The notes under the pieces are model-generated. The model had not been told where the DNA came from. It did not search any database and worked only from the letters and a program-made list of their open reading frames with translations. The translations under genes were made by a program, and so were the position numbers. Positions 46,818-57,649 of a stretch of DNA of 64,000 nt are shown here, in pieces; within the stretch, counting starts at the first letter, position 1; the number at the start of each line of letters is the position of its first letter. Source of the stretch: an uncultured Slackia sp. (lineage in GTDB: Bacteria; Actinomycetota; Coriobacteriia; Coriobacteriales; Eggerthellaceae). The stretch spans positions 23,578 through 87,577 of the forward strand of contig NZ_CAUHPG010000007.1 in the NCBI RefSeq assembly GCF_959608125.1, given 5' to 3'.

Positions 46818-48149
46818 CTATTTCATAGCACAGCCGGCACCGAAAAGCAGATCGCGCTCATCGGCAGGAAGCGCCGAACGAGCCTGATCGCGCAGATTAT
46901 TCACGCCGATAAAGAACTGGCGCATCATGACCACCATGAGATAGCGGCCCTTGGGGGTCAAGGTAATCTGCTCAGCGTCGTCGATGGCGAACGCACCGAC
47001 CGACTTCATGAAGCCGTATTCGACGGGCAAGCCCGCCGCCACGCTGCAGCCGAAATCGCGCTTCCACTGCTTTTTATCGAGGCGAAGGCCGAACAGCTGC
47101 ATCATGAAGCGATAGCGCATGCGGTTGCGCTTCGAGAACGTCGCTTTACCCATCAAAGACATGCGGCCGCTCTCGATCGCCTCGTTGTACTCGCGAACGC
47201 TGAAAGTGTTCACGTACTGCGTGGCGCCCAAATACGTCATGCCGCCCGAGCCGATGGCGGGATATTCCTCGTAATCGACGATGTACTCATCGATCATCTG
47301 GTCGGTTCCGTCGCCCGACCCGTCGGAATCGGCCTTGTTGAACGTCCATGCCGAACCGTGCGTGAAGGCGGGGTTGTCGCCGCCTGCGAGCGTTTCGCAG
47401 ATGATCTCGTAGAAACGCTGCTCGCGGTTGTAATCGACCTTGCCCACGGTGGCCGCCAACGATTTCTCGACCGACGGAGACGCCATAAGCGGGTAGAACG
47501 TGGTCTGGCTGGTGCCGCTCTCCAAAACCATCTCGAGGTCGCGCCTGAGAATTTCTTCCGTCTGCGCGGGGAAGTTGAAGATCATGTCCACGTTAAGCGA
47601 CTTGAAATACGGGGCGGCTACCTTGATGGATTCGAGGATCGTCTTGCCGCTGCCGTATTTGTCGTACCTGTCCATCTGTTTGAGCAAGCCGTCGTCAAAG
47701 CTCTGTACGCCGACGCTCATGCGGTCGACGCGGCCCTGGAGCTTTTCCAGATACGACGGAATCAGGTGGTTCGGGTTGGTCTCGCACGAAACCTCCTTGA
47801 TGGAGAATTCGCTTTTCGCCAAATCGATCGTCGCGCACAGCTCATCGAGCATGATCGTGGGCGTGCCGCCGCCGATGTAGAGCGAATCGAAATCATAACC
47901 GAGCTCTTTGACCATCATCATTTCGCGGCGCAAGTTCTCGAAATAAGGAACCGCGCGCTCTTCCGAGAACGGAAACCTATTGAACGAGCAATACGGGCAC
48001 AGGCGCTCGCAAAATGGGATGTGGATATAGAGCATGTAGGGCTGACCCGGCGTGGGCCCGGGAATGCGGGCATCATCGCAGGGTTCGATATTCATGAAGC
48101 GCGATGCGCAGATGCGCACCGCGCGCGTAAGCATTCGTTCGCTGAGCAT
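46818..48149 (-). CDS. menK: HemN-like class C radical SAM protein, likely menaquinone methyltransferase MenK
   Basis: YIHIPFCERLCPYCSF (CxxxCxxC), GGGTPT, QTTFYPLM, C-terminal MMRQFF...N. Confidence 0.7.
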   Translation of the reverse strand: MLSERMLTRAVRICASRFMNIEPCDDARIPGPTPGQPYMLYIHIPFCERLCPYCSFNRFPFSEERAVPYFENLRREMMMVKELGYDFDSLYIGGGTPTIMLDELCATIDLAKSEFSIKEVSCETNPNHLIPSYLEKLQGRVDRMSVGVQSFDDGLLKQMDRYDKYGSGKTILESIKVAAPYFKSLNVDMIFNFPAQTEEILRRDLEMVLESGTSQTTFYPLMASPSVEKSLAATVGKVDYNREQRFYEIICETLAGGDNPAFTHGSAWTFNKADSDGSGDGTDQMIDEYIVDYEEYPAIGSGGMTYLGATQYVNTFSVREYNEAIESGRMSLMGKATFSKRNRMRYRFMMQLFGLRLDKKQWKRDFGCSVAAGLPVEYGFMKSVGAFAIDDAEQITLTPKGRYLMVVMMRQFFIGVNNLRDQARSALPADERDLLFGAGCAMK

Positions 48150-48155
48150 ACCGTC

Positions 48156-49427
48156 CTAACCCTCGAGAGCGCGCAAAGCGATGTCGAAACGCATCTGCTT
48201 GCCTTCGAAATTAATTTTGTCGCAGGCCTCGTAAGCGCGCTCGCGCGCCTCTTCGAACGTGTCGGCCAGGGCCACGACGTTCAGCACGCGGCCGCCGTTT
48301 GTGACAAGCTCTTCGTCGGCGTTGAACGCGGTGCCCGCATGGAACACGGTGACGTCTTCGAGACTTTCGGCCTCTTCGATGCCCAGGATGACCTTGCCCT
48401 TCTCGTAGGAACCAGGGTATCCCTCGCTGGCCAGCACGACGCATACGGCGCATTTGCTGCTCCACTGCAGGTCGATATCGCCCAGACGGCTATCGGCCAC
48501 GGCAGAGAACACCTCGAGGGCGTCGCTTTCCATGCGCGGCATGATGACCTGCGTCTCGGGATCGCCGAAACGGGCGTTGAACTCGAGAAGCTTGGGTCCT
48601 TCGGCGGTCAGCATGAAGCCTCCGTAGAGCACGCCCTGATACGGCGTCTCGAAGTCTTCGGCCGTCGCAGCGGCCGCCTGCTGCATGATCTGCTGCATGC
48701 GCTCTTCGAGCTCGGGAGTGACGCACGGAACGGGAGAATACACGCCCATGCCGCCCGTGTTGGGGCCGCGGTCGCCGTCGTAGGCGCGCTTGTGATCCTG
48801 CGCGCACGGCATGCACAGGGCCTTGCCGCCGGCGAGAAACGCCAGCATGCTGCACTCGGGGCCTTCGAGCATTTCTTCGATGACCACGATGCTGCCCGCT
48901 TCGCCGAAATCGCCCGCGAAGCAATCACGCACGGCCTCTTCGGCGTCTTCCATGCAGTCGGCCACGATAACGCCCTTGCCCGCAGCCAGGCCGTCGGCCT
49001 TGACCACGATGGGAGCGCCCACTTCGTGCAGATAATCCATGGCCTCCTGCTCGGAGGTGCATTTCTTGTAGCGAGCCGTGGGAAGGTCATGGGCGATCAT
49101 GAATTCCTTCGAGAAGCTCTTGCTGCCTTCGAGCTGCGCGCCCTGCGCGTCGGGACCGAACACGGCGATTCCCGCTTCTCGGACCTTCTCGGCAACGCCT
49201 TTCACCAGCGGAGCCTCGGGGCCGACAACCACCAGGTCGATGGCGTGGTCGCGCGAAAAACCGATGACGGCTTCGGCATCCTCCGCGTCGAGAGGAACGT
49301 TTTTCGCAATGGCCGCCGTGCCGCCGTTGCCCGGGGCGACATACAGCTCGCCGACACGAGGAGATTTTGCAATAGCCCACGTCAAAGCATGTTCGCGGCC
49401 GCCGCCGCCCAACACTAGTACGTTCAC
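48156..49427 (-). CDS. purD: Phosphoribosylamine-glycine ligase
   Basis: GGGGREH, APGNGG, KADGLAAGKGV, QDHKR, GPNTGGMG, EFNARFGDPE. Confidence 0.97.
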   Translation of the reverse strand: MNVLVLGGGGREHALTWAIAKSPRVGELYVAPGNGGTAAIAKNVPLDAEDAEAVIGFSRDHAIDLVVVGPEAPLVKGVAEKVREAGIAVFGPDAQGAQLEGSKSFSKEFMIAHDLPTARYKKCTSEQEAMDYLHEVGAPIVVKADGLAAGKGVIVADCMEDAEEAVRDCFAGDFGEAGSIVVIEEMLEGPECSMLAFLAGGKALCMPCAQDHKRAYDGDRGPNTGGMGVYSPVPCVTPELEERMQQIMQQAAAATAEDFETPYQGVLYGGFMLTAEGPKLLEFNARFGDPETQVIMPRMESDALEVFSAVADSRLGDIDLQWSSKCAVCVVLASEGYPGSYEKGKVILGIEEAESLEDVTVFHAGTAFNADEELVTNGGRVLNVVALADTFEEARERAYEACDKINFEGKQMRFDIALRALEG

Positions 49428-49604
49428 GTCGAGCTCATCCTTTCAATACGATCGCAAGGCCTTCCTTGCGAACCTTCGATCCGCGCCTGATGCGGAATTT
49501 CTTTTTATCGTCGAGAACCCGGAGGCTATGCCCCCGGGTTCCTCATACCTGTTCTGCCGCAACGTAGCCATCAAGCTCGTCGCGATTGCATTGTCGTAAT
49601 GATG

Positions 49605-50915
49605 CTACCAGCCACGCATGAAGGTCTGGTTGCGGTCGGGGCCGACCGAGATAATCGAAGCCTTCACGCCGCTCAGACGCTCGATTTCGGCCACGTAATC
49701 CTTCGCGGCCTGCGGGAGCTCATCGAAGCTCTTCGCGCTGGTGATGTCCTGACCCTTCCAGCCGGGCATGGTCTTGTAAATCGGCTTGGCATGGAACAGA
49801 ACGCTCTGCTGCATGGGGAAGTAGTCGTAACGCTTACCGTCACACTCGTAGGCGACGCAGATTTTCAGCTCGTCGAACGCGGAAAGCACATCGAGCTTGG
49901 TCAGCGCGATGTCGGTAAGGCCGTTGACCTCGGCTGCGTAACGCGCGATCACGGCGTCGAACCAGCCGCAACGACGCTTGCGCCCGGTAGTCACGCCGTA
50001 TTCGTGGCCCTCGGCGCACAGGATATCGCCGTCGATGGCGTCCTGGCCCTCGCCGCCGTTTTCGGGATACAGCAGCTCGGTGGGGAAGGGACCGGCGCCG
50101 ACGCGCGTGACATAGGCTTTCTGAATGCCGAGCACGCGATCGATGGCCGTGGGACCGACGCCAGAACCGGTGGCCGCGCCGCCGGCGCAGCAGGAAGAGC
50201 TGGTCACGAACGGATAGGTGCCGTGGTCGATGTCGAGCAGGGTACCCTGCGCGCCCTCGAACAGAATCTGCTTGCCGTCGCGCAGCGCATCGTTGAGCAG
50301 CTGGGCGGTTTCGGCCATATGAGGACGGATGACCTCGGCGTACGGCAGGTACGCGTCGCAGATCTCGTCGACCGTGAACGTGCGCTTGCCGTAGACCTTC
50401 TCGAGAATGGCGTTCTTGACCTCGAGGGCGGCTTCGACCTTCATACGGAACACGTGCTCGTCGAGCAGGTCCTGGATGCGAATGCCGCTGCGGGCGGCTT
50501 TATCCTGATAGCACGGGCCGATTCCACGATTCGTGGTGCCGATTTCGTTTTTGCCCAAACGGAATTCGGACGCCTTATCGAGCTCGATGTGATACGGCAT
50601 GATGACATGAGCGTCGCAGGAAATCTTCAGACGCTCGCAGCTCAAGCCCTCGCCTTCGAGCATCTTCATTTCTTCGACAAGCACCTGAGGATTCACCACG
50701 ACGCCGTTGCCGATCACAGGCACTGCGTCTTCATACATGATGCCCGAGGGAATCAGGTGAAGGGCGAGTTTCTTGTCGCCGTGGATAACGGTATGGCCGG
50801 CATTGTTGCCGCCCTGATAGCGCACCACGTAGTCGAAATCACGGGCGATAAGGTCGGTTACCTTGCCCTTGCCTTCGTCGCCCCACTGGGCGCCGACCAA
50901 AACCACGTTCGGCAT
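49605..50915 (-). CDS. purA: Adenylosuccinate synthetase
   Basis: [47 protein letters not shown]. Confidence 0.97.
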   Translation of the reverse strand: MPNVVLVGAQWGDEGKGKVTDLIARDFDYVVRYQGGNNAGHTVIHGDKKLALHLIPSGIMYEDAVPVIGNGVVVNPQVLVEEMKMLEGEGLSCERLKISCDAHVIMPYHIELDKASEFRLGKNEIGTTNRGIGPCYQDKAARSGIRIQDLLDEHVFRMKVEAALEVKNAILEKVYGKRTFTVDEICDAYLPYAEVIRPHMAETAQLLNDALRDGKQILFEGAQGTLLDIDHGTYPFVTSSSCCAGGAATGSGVGPTAIDRVLGIQKAYVTRVGAGPFPTELLYPENGGEGQDAIDGDILCAEGHEYGVTTGRKRRCGWFDAVIARYAAEVNGLTDIALTKLDVLSAFDELKICVAYECDGKRYDYFPMQQSVLFHAKPIYKTMPGWKGQDITSAKSFDELPQAAKDYVAEIERLSGVKASIISVGPDRNQTFMRGW

Positions 50916-50972
50916 GTTCGTCCTTTCGATTGACATCCCTGAATAGGAAAAATGCGTTAGACAACCTTTAGA

Positions 50973-53093
50973 TTATAGCGCTACCGTCGTGCACTCGCCG
51001 GCGTATCGCCTGACGGTCTCGAGAATCTCCTTATGACAGGTAAAAAACACCACCTGCCGCGTCTTCGCGAGCTGAGCGAGGGCCTTCACGGCACCGATGC
51101 GGCGCTCGTCGTCGAAATTGACCAGGATGTCGTCGGCGAGTACCGGCAGCCCCGCACCCACATCGCTCGCGCGCTCGAGCAGGGCGATGCGCAGCGCAAG
51201 ATAGAGCTGCTGGCAGGTGCCGGTCGACAGAAACCGCGGTTCGAAACGCTTGTGCACGGCATCCACCGCGATGATCGCGCCGTTCTCATCCGTTCGGACC
51301 TGCGTCCAAGCACCATTCGTCATAAGCGACAACAGTTCGGATGCGCGGCGATACACCTCGGGAACGCTCTCGCTTTTCCACTCATCCAATGCCTTCTGCA
51401 GCGCGCGTCGGGCCAGCAAAAGCTCGGCCAACGCCTCGGCCGATTCGCCCTTGCGCGTCACGATCTGCGCCTGACGGGTCTTCAGGATGTCGAATTCGTT
51501 GGAAAGCGACCCTTCTCGCAGCATGTTCTTAAGCTCGCCGAGACGGGCATCGGATCGGCGCATCTCTTCGACCGCCTCGCGGCGACGTTCCTTCAGCAAG
51601 TCTTCCTTCTGATCGAAGGCGTCCGCGCCCTGGGACGTCTCGAGACCGCAACGCGCGAACAACTCGTCCCTCGATGCGCACGCGCGCCGCAGCGATTCGA
51701 GGGAGTTGGCTCGGGTGCGCGCAACCTCGTCGCGTGCGGATCGGCGAACCTGCGAACGGCGGCGGCATTCGCATGACGCCGCGACAATCTTCTGCGCCTG
51801 GGAAAGCGAGCCCTGCGCCGCCTGAAGCCCCGCCGACGCCAGCTCCTCCTCTATGCGAAGACGAAGCATGAGCTCTTCCTCCTCGCATGCTTCGAGAATC
51901 GCACGAGCCCGATTCATGGCCTGATGCGCAGCATCGCCGCGGGCCGAATCAGGCGCCGTGAGCGACATACGAAGCGTCCAAACCGCACAGACAGCCGCCA
52001 TCACGGCCACGACGCCCGATGCGATGACTCCCGTCATCTCGCCCGACCAGGCGAAATAGAGCAGCGCCGCGACCGCCGCAACGGCCGAGGCTCCGAAAAT
52101 CGCCGGCACGGCCCGCGACGCGGAAACACCCGGCTCATCCGAAGCCTCCTGGGCTTCGGCGCGCGCCGCAGCGAATGCGTCGCGGGCGGCATCGATGCGA
52201 TGCGCCAGACGAGCCGATTCATCGACCAGGCGCTCCACCACGGCCGCAGCGGCGGCTTCCGCCTGCTCATCGGCGAATAGCGCAGCCTCTTCGCCCCCTT
52301 CGAGCGTTGCGAGCCTGTCGTCGCATTCCCGCACGCGACGGCGCTCTTCGTCTGCCGCGCGATCGAGGCGGACAGCTTCGGCCTTCGACGACGCCACCTT
52401 CTCGATCGATTCGTTAAGAACCGCCACCTCGTCGGCGCGACGTTCCTTATCGGCCATAAGAGCCGTATATTCACGATATTCCGCCTTCAAGGCGTCGGAG
52501 CGTTCGCGCGCCGCCGCAAGACCCTGCTTGCATTCGTCCTCTTCGATGTCCAGATGCACGAAAGATTCCGTCGCCGAGGCGGCACGGCTCGTGTACGCCG
52601 CTATCCTTTTCTCCACGTCGACCAGCGCCGTCGCAGGCGAAACGGCCGTTCCCGACCCTGCGGTCAGAAGCTTCGCCGCCATGTCGGCGGCGCCTTCAAG
52701 GCTACGCAGCTCATCGCTGGTCAGCGCGAACATCGTATCGAAGGTATCCTTGTCGAGCGTCGACACTAGTTCGGTCGCTTCGGCAGGATCGAACGCAGGT
52801 CCGTCAACGTTTCTCACGCGCGATATTTCGTAAATGGAGCCGTCGTCGGCATCGGCGAAGAACAGCGTTCCCGAGCGGCGGGCGATGCTGGGCTTGTAGA
52901 CGTTCTTACGGCCGCGAGCTTCATCCCAGCCGAACAGAACGCCGCCGATGAATGCATTCAACGTGGTTTTTCCGGCCTCGTTCGGCCCGTATACCACATT
53001 AAGGCCCGGCGAGAACGGCCCGACCGTCGTATCGAAAAACCGTCCGAACGCCGCGATGTGCAGGCGCTGGAGATACGTCTTCTGCGCATTCAT
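50973..53093 (-). CDS. YhaN-like AAA/SMC-type ATPase
   Basis: YGPNEAGKTT Walker A, coiled coils, central TM pair, LSTGT..QLYLALR, LADDILVNFD. Confidence 0.85.
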   Translation of the reverse strand: MNAQKTYLQRLHIAAFGRFFDTTVGPFSPGLNVVYGPNEAGKTTLNAFIGGVLFGWDEARGRKNVYKPSIARRSGTLFFADADDGSIYEISRVRNVDGPAFDPAEATELVSTLDKDTFDTMFALTSDELRSLEGAADMAAKLLTAGSGTAVSPATALVDVEKRIAAYTSRAASATESFVHLDIEEDECKQGLAAARERSDALKAEYREYTALMADKERRADEVAVLNESIEKVASSKAEAVRLDRAADEERRRVRECDDRLATLEGGEEAALFADEQAEAAAAAVVERLVDESARLAHRIDAARDAFAAARAEAQEASDEPGVSASRAVPAIFGASAVAAVAALLYFAWSGEMTGVIASGVVAVMAAVCAVWTLRMSLTAPDSARGDAAHQAMNRARAILEACEEEELMLRLRIEEELASAGLQAAQGSLSQAQKIVAASCECRRRSQVRRSARDEVARTRANSLESLRRACASRDELFARCGLETSQGADAFDQKEDLLKERRREAVEEMRRSDARLGELKNMLREGSLSNEFDILKTRQAQIVTRKGESAEALAELLLARRALQKALDEWKSESVPEVYRRASELLSLMTNGAWTQVRTDENGAIIAVDAVHKRFEPRFLSTGTCQQLYLALRIALLERASDVGAGLPVLADDILVNFDDERRIGAVKALAQLAKTRQVVFFTCHKEILETVRRYAGECTTVAL

Positions 53094-54346
53094 CGCGAAC
53101 GTCCTTCCTCAAGCAGCGAGAGCGCCGTATCCTCGGCGCGGGCGGCGATTTCGCCCAAACGAGAAGCCACGCGTCGCGGCACCGTCAGACCGCGGGAGGC
53201 GAACTCGCCCTGCAGGTAGGAGAGAAGCGCTGCATCGTCATCGTCAGCAGCGAAACAACGCAGCAGCGTTCCTTCGAAAGTGCTCGATGCAGCTATCTTC
53301 TCCTTGTCTCGCAGCGGCGTGGTTTCGCAGACCAACGCGTCGCAGTAAAACGACGGATAGCTCTCGTTGAGTTCCGTGCGCAATGTCTCGAGCGCGACAG
53401 GGTCGGAAAGCATCTTGTGCAGGGGCGTGGCTCCCTCCAACACAATGCGCACGACCATCTCCTCGCACGAGCCGCCGGCATTTTCGGCGAACGCCGCGCG
53501 CACGCAGGCGGCAACGACCGCATCCGAGCCCGCGCACTCCGACACGTCGACACGCACGCGCCCCCATTCCACCTGGGATGTCGCGATGAATTCGACCTTA
53601 TTCGGCTCGCCCTTGGCGAGCGTCACTTTCAAACAGCCGCGCGGGCCGGTCTCTTTGATATCGCGTCCCTGGATGCAGCCGCAAAACGCAATGCGGGGGT
53701 CATGGGCTGGCGTCAGGTAGCTCTTGTGGATATGCCCAAGGGCCCAATAATCCATATCGGCCGCAAGCAGCTCTTTTTCGGAAGTCGGAGCCTTATAGGG
53801 GTCCATCCACAGGCCCGAATGCAGCATGCCGATGCAAAACGGCGCCTCGACGCCGCAGGCGCGCTCGGCGGCGGCGCGGGTCATGCCATCGGCGATATCG
53901 GCACCCTTCTCCATGTTCGAGAACCCGCGTGCGGCGATAAGCGCGCAAGGGCGACCGTCTTTTTCGAACACCGAAAAAGACGGAGCATCGGAAGGCAGCA
54001 GGCATGCGTTGGAAGGAAGGTCGCCGACGACGTCGTGCCAGGTCGAGAACGGGTCATGGTTGCCAGCGATAATGTAAGCGGGGATTTTCCTCGACTCAAG
54101 GCGTTTCAACCCCGCAAGAAATCGGCGGTAATGGGCATAGCTCGGCTTATCGGTGTCGAACACGTCGCCCGCAAGCAACAGAAAATCGACCTGCTCGTCG
54201 ATGCATGCTTGGATCACTTCGTCGTAGGCGTCGGGAATCGCCGTGGCAAGGCGGTCGGCCCAAACAGGAGAAAGAGCCCGCAGGCCCCTGAAGGGCGCAC
54301 CCAAATGGATATCGCCCGAATGAATGAATGTCACACGCTCTTGCAT
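53090..54346 (-). CDS. YhaO-like metallophosphoesterase / Mre11-SbcD type exonuclease
   Basis: DIHLG, AGDVFD, GNHD, YWALGHIH, QGRD..E.G; 4-bp overlap with the ATPase gene. Confidence 0.88.
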   Translation of the reverse strand: MQERVTFIHSGDIHLGAPFRGLRALSPVWADRLATAIPDAYDEVIQACIDEQVDFLLLAGDVFDTDKPSYAHYRRFLAGLKRLESRKIPAYIIAGNHDPFSTWHDVVGDLPSNACLLPSDAPSFSVFEKDGRPCALIAARGFSNMEKGADIADGMTRAAAERACGVEAPFCIGMLHSGLWMDPYKAPTSEKELLAADMDYWALGHIHKSYLTPAHDPRIAFCGCIQGRDIKETGPRGCLKVTLAKGEPNKVEFIATSQVEWGRVRVDVSECAGSDAVVAACVRAAFAENAGGSCEEMVVRIVLEGATPLHKMLSDPVALETLRTELNESYPSFYCDALVCETTPLRDKEKIAASSTFEGTLLRCFAADDDDAALLSYLQGEFASRGLTVPRRVASRLGEIAARAEDTALSLLEEGRSR

Positions 54347-54447
54347 GCTTCGAGTCTAACGCAGAAGAGCCCGCCGAGGTCGCGCGCTTCGATTGATGGC
54401 GAAAACCTCAAGTCGGATGCGGGCTCTTTCGTCCAAAGCGAAGGACC

Positions 54448-55833
54448 CTAGATCTGCGATGCGTCGATGTAATTGCCGAACTTGGTGTATTCAGGGTTGA
54501 ACGACAGCGTGATATCTCTCGTGGCACCGTTACGATGCTTCGCCACGATCAGCTCGGCCGTGCCCCATTCGGGACGGCCCTCCTGCTCGCCCTCCATCTC
54601 GTCCATGCTTCGGTCGATGAACATAACGATGTCGGCGTCCTGCTCGATCGAACCCGATTCGCGCAGGTCGGACAACATTGGGCGCTTCGTGCCGCGCATC
54701 TCGACGGCGCGGGAAAGCTGCGAAAGCGCCAACAGAGGCATGTTGAGCTCTTTCGCAAGCACCTTCAGACCTCGAGAAATCTCGGCGACCTCGACCGCAC
54801 GATTGCCGTCTCGGCGATTCGAAGGCGGCTGCATCAGCTGCAGATAGTCGACGATGATCAATCCCTTTTCCTTATCGCGCAGCTGGCGGCGGGCCTTGGC
54901 GCGCATCTCGAGCAGCGACAACCCGGGGGTGTCATCGATGTACAGCTCGAGGCCCGAAAGCGTGGCTGCGGCGTTCATGATGGCGCTCCAGTCGCCTTCG
55001 CTCAGCTTGCCCTGACGCAGCTGGCCCAGGTTCACGCGAGCCTCGGCGCACAGAATACGCTGAACGAGCTGGTTGGCGCCCATCTCGAGGCTGAACAGAG
55101 CCACAGCGGCGCCCGACTTGGCCGCATTGGTAGCCAGATTCAACGCGAAAGAGGTTTTGCCGACGCCGGGGCGAGCGGCAAGAATAAGCAGGTCGCCGCC
55201 ACGCAGGCCCCAGAACAACTTATCCACATCGGTAAAGCCGGTCGGCACGCCTGCCATATGGTTCTGATTGTTCACCAGGTCGTCAATCTCGTCGAAGGCC
55301 TGCGTCAGAAGGTCGGTGATGTTTTGGAACGAAGACGATACGCGCTTTTGCGTGACGCTGAAGAGCATCTTCTCGGCCTCTTCGATGACCTCGTTCGTAT
55401 CGTCGGGGGCATCGTAGGCAAGAGCGTTGATGTTCGTGGAGGCATACACCAAATCGCGCAAGACGCTCGTGCGCTTGACGATTTCCGTATGGCTCTTCCA
55501 ATTCGTCAGAGCCAAGGTGTTGTTCGCAAGCTCCACCAGGTAAGGCTTTCCGCCCACCGCCTCGAGCTGGCCTTCGGCGGCCAGGCGCTCGGCCAAAGAA
55601 ATCTGGTCAATGGGAATATGCCTCGTATTCAACTCGAGCATGCCCTCGAAAATACGCTGATGGGCAGGGCGGAAGAAGTTTTCCGGCCTGAGCTTGGTGG
55701 CAATGTCGTCGACGGCCTCGGGATTGAGCATGCATGCCGCAAGCACCGATTTTTCGGCCTCGATATTGTGGGGAAGGGTGCGACCCGTCGTCGATTGAAG
55801 AACCGGGGGGTTGGCGGTAATGTTTTCAGCCAT
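54448..55833 (-). CDS. dnaB: Replicative DNA helicase
   Basis: PHNIEAE, AARPGVGKT, FSLEM, VDYLQLM, SQLSR, LRESGSIEQDAD, KHRNG. Confidence 0.97.
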   Translation of the reverse strand: MAENITANPPVLQSTTGRTLPHNIEAEKSVLAACMLNPEAVDDIATKLRPENFFRPAHQRIFEGMLELNTRHIPIDQISLAERLAAEGQLEAVGGKPYLVELANNTLALTNWKSHTEIVKRTSVLRDLVYASTNINALAYDAPDDTNEVIEEAEKMLFSVTQKRVSSSFQNITDLLTQAFDEIDDLVNNQNHMAGVPTGFTDVDKLFWGLRGGDLLILAARPGVGKTSFALNLATNAAKSGAAVALFSLEMGANQLVQRILCAEARVNLGQLRQGKLSEGDWSAIMNAAATLSGLELYIDDTPGLSLLEMRAKARRQLRDKEKGLIIVDYLQLMQPPSNRRDGNRAVEVAEISRGLKVLAKELNMPLLALSQLSRAVEMRGTKRPMLSDLRESGSIEQDADIVMFIDRSMDEMEGEQEGRPEWGTAELIVAKHRNGATRDITLSFNPEYTKFGNYIDASQI

Positions 55834-55944
55834 GGGTAAATGCTCCGTCGATCGATTGGGAAATGCGCTAAGAGAACATCATAGTATACGGGTCGAGCGC
55901 CTCTTAATCAGAGCTTCCGAAACCATGTAAGCCGCGCGAAAGCG

Positions 55945-57375
55945 CTATCGTTCAGCAGACGCAAGAAAATCCTCTTCCCGTTCGTCGACGCCGTCGATGA
56001 AACCAAGCAGCCCCTCGCGAGAATTCACATTCAATTTCGCATAGATATGACGCACGTGGGTGCGCACGGTATTTTCGGAAATGAAGAGCTTGCGCGCAAT
56101 GTATCCATGGTTGTATCCACGCGCAAGATAGTACAGCACCTCCTTTTCCCGCTGGGATATTCCTAACGATTCTTCCAGCTCGTCACAGCGGCGGCTGATA
56201 TAGGCGCCCGGTCTCAGATTGTCCATGACTCGCGCGTTCTTTTCCCTCTCGGTCTCAAGGGCGTACCAAACGGCGATAAGCGCCATGTACACGGTCAAAA
56301 GCAGGAGGCAAAGGTCTTTTCCCGCAAGCCCTATCACATGAATAATCTCCATTCCGAATATCGTCGCCAAAGCGAATAAGGAAAAACACCATACCGCAGG
56401 CGCAATTATGCGCGCCGAGCGCACGGCGGCCACCAAGCTCGCCCACGTGACCAACACGATTGCGGAAAACCCTGCAGCTTGGACGATTTGGAACAAAGCC
56501 TGAACCGCCGCGGATTCCACACCCAGTGCAGGAAGGACGAGAATCACCGCAACCGCACAGGGCAGAACAACCCCTTGCATCAGAAAAACCGCCGAAGACG
56601 ACCGATAGACCACGATGGCAACCGTCACCGCAGCAGCAATGCAGGGGCCGATGAACAGGCATGCTTCATACAGCGGAAGAGACGAGTGAACTATCTCACC
56701 CGATACGACAGGGTCCCACGTCAATCCGAAGATGAACACCGAAAGAATCGCGCCCGAAACGGGAAGCCAGAGGATTTTCGCTGCAAAAGAAAACCGCTGT
56801 TTCAGGGGCGGCGCGGCATCGGATTCATCGTCCTGGATCTCCTCCGACGAAAGAGACGCATGCGTACGAGCAGCGCAAAAAGACACCGCGGCAGTACCGA
56901 CCAAAACAAGAACGGCCAGGAAATACCATTGCGGGGAAAGCAAGGACGTCGCCGCGAACTGCGCAATGCCCGCAACCACAAGGCCGACGGAAGAAGACAA
57001 CAGAACGTCGTCCATGGCGTAGCGCGCACATTCCTTAACCCATATCGCTCCCATCAAAGAGAACGAAGCGCCCGCAAGCACTCCCGGAGCGAACGGGGGA
57101 ACAAGACCCGTCCATGCGACGATCGCCGCGGCGGCCACGAAAACGGCGCCGAAGCCGACGCAGGCGCATTCTCTGTCTTCAGCCAACGAAGGGTAGCTCT
57201 TCCGCCAGAGCTGCAAAACGACCATGCAGGCACCGACGAACACGGCGCCCCAAAGGATTCCCTGGGCCATGGCCAAAGACACGGCCTCTTTTGCTCCTGG
57301 CACCCCTTTCACAAGGAGCATCAAAGCGGCGAAAAGGAGTCCCGCTCCTACGATATCGACACGGATTTTCCCCAT
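55945..57375 (-). CDS. Multi-pass membrane LuxR-family regulator
   Basis: About 12 TM segments, then ISQREKEVLYYLARGY...LFISENTVRTHVRHIYAKL; GGAGGG RBS. Confidence 0.9.
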   Translation of the reverse strand: MGKIRVDIVGAGLLFAALMLLVKGVPGAKEAVSLAMAQGILWGAVFVGACMVVLQLWRKSYPSLAEDRECACVGFGAVFVAAAAIVAWTGLVPPFAPGVLAGASFSLMGAIWVKECARYAMDDVLLSSSVGLVVAGIAQFAATSLLSPQWYFLAVLVLVGTAAVSFCAARTHASLSSEEIQDDESDAAPPLKQRFSFAAKILWLPVSGAILSVFIFGLTWDPVVSGEIVHSSLPLYEACLFIGPCIAAAVTVAIVVYRSSSAVFLMQGVVLPCAVAVILVLPALGVESAAVQALFQIVQAAGFSAIVLVTWASLVAAVRSARIIAPAVWCFSLFALATIFGMEIIHVIGLAGKDLCLLLLTVYMALIAVWYALETEREKNARVMDNLRPGAYISRRCDELEESLGISQREKEVLYYLARGYNHGYIARKLFISENTVRTHVRHIYAKLNVNSREGLLGFIDGVDEREEDFLASAER

Positions 57376-57649
57376 GCATCTTCCCTCCAAGATAATGAAA
57401 AAGCATCCGTCATCATATTCCGATGACCATGACATTTCTTCTCCGAAACAAAAGAATACCCATTCTGACCTGGAATCACCAATTTCAGTGATACCCAAAA
57501 GCCCCCTGCGAGCTTACTTTTTTCCTCGGTCCAGGCAACAGGACTGCAAGAGAATGCGGTTCGCCTTGGCGCAGGACACGACGCCCCCCTCCCTCCATGA
57601 TCCGTCGACTGCATGCCAAGGCGGACCCGTTAACAAGGAAGGAGAAACT

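Noticed and set aside
50973..54346. Nuclease + SMC-like ATPase as a novel defence system
   Set aside because: Matches the widespread YhaO/YhaN pair and sits in core context between dnaB and purA
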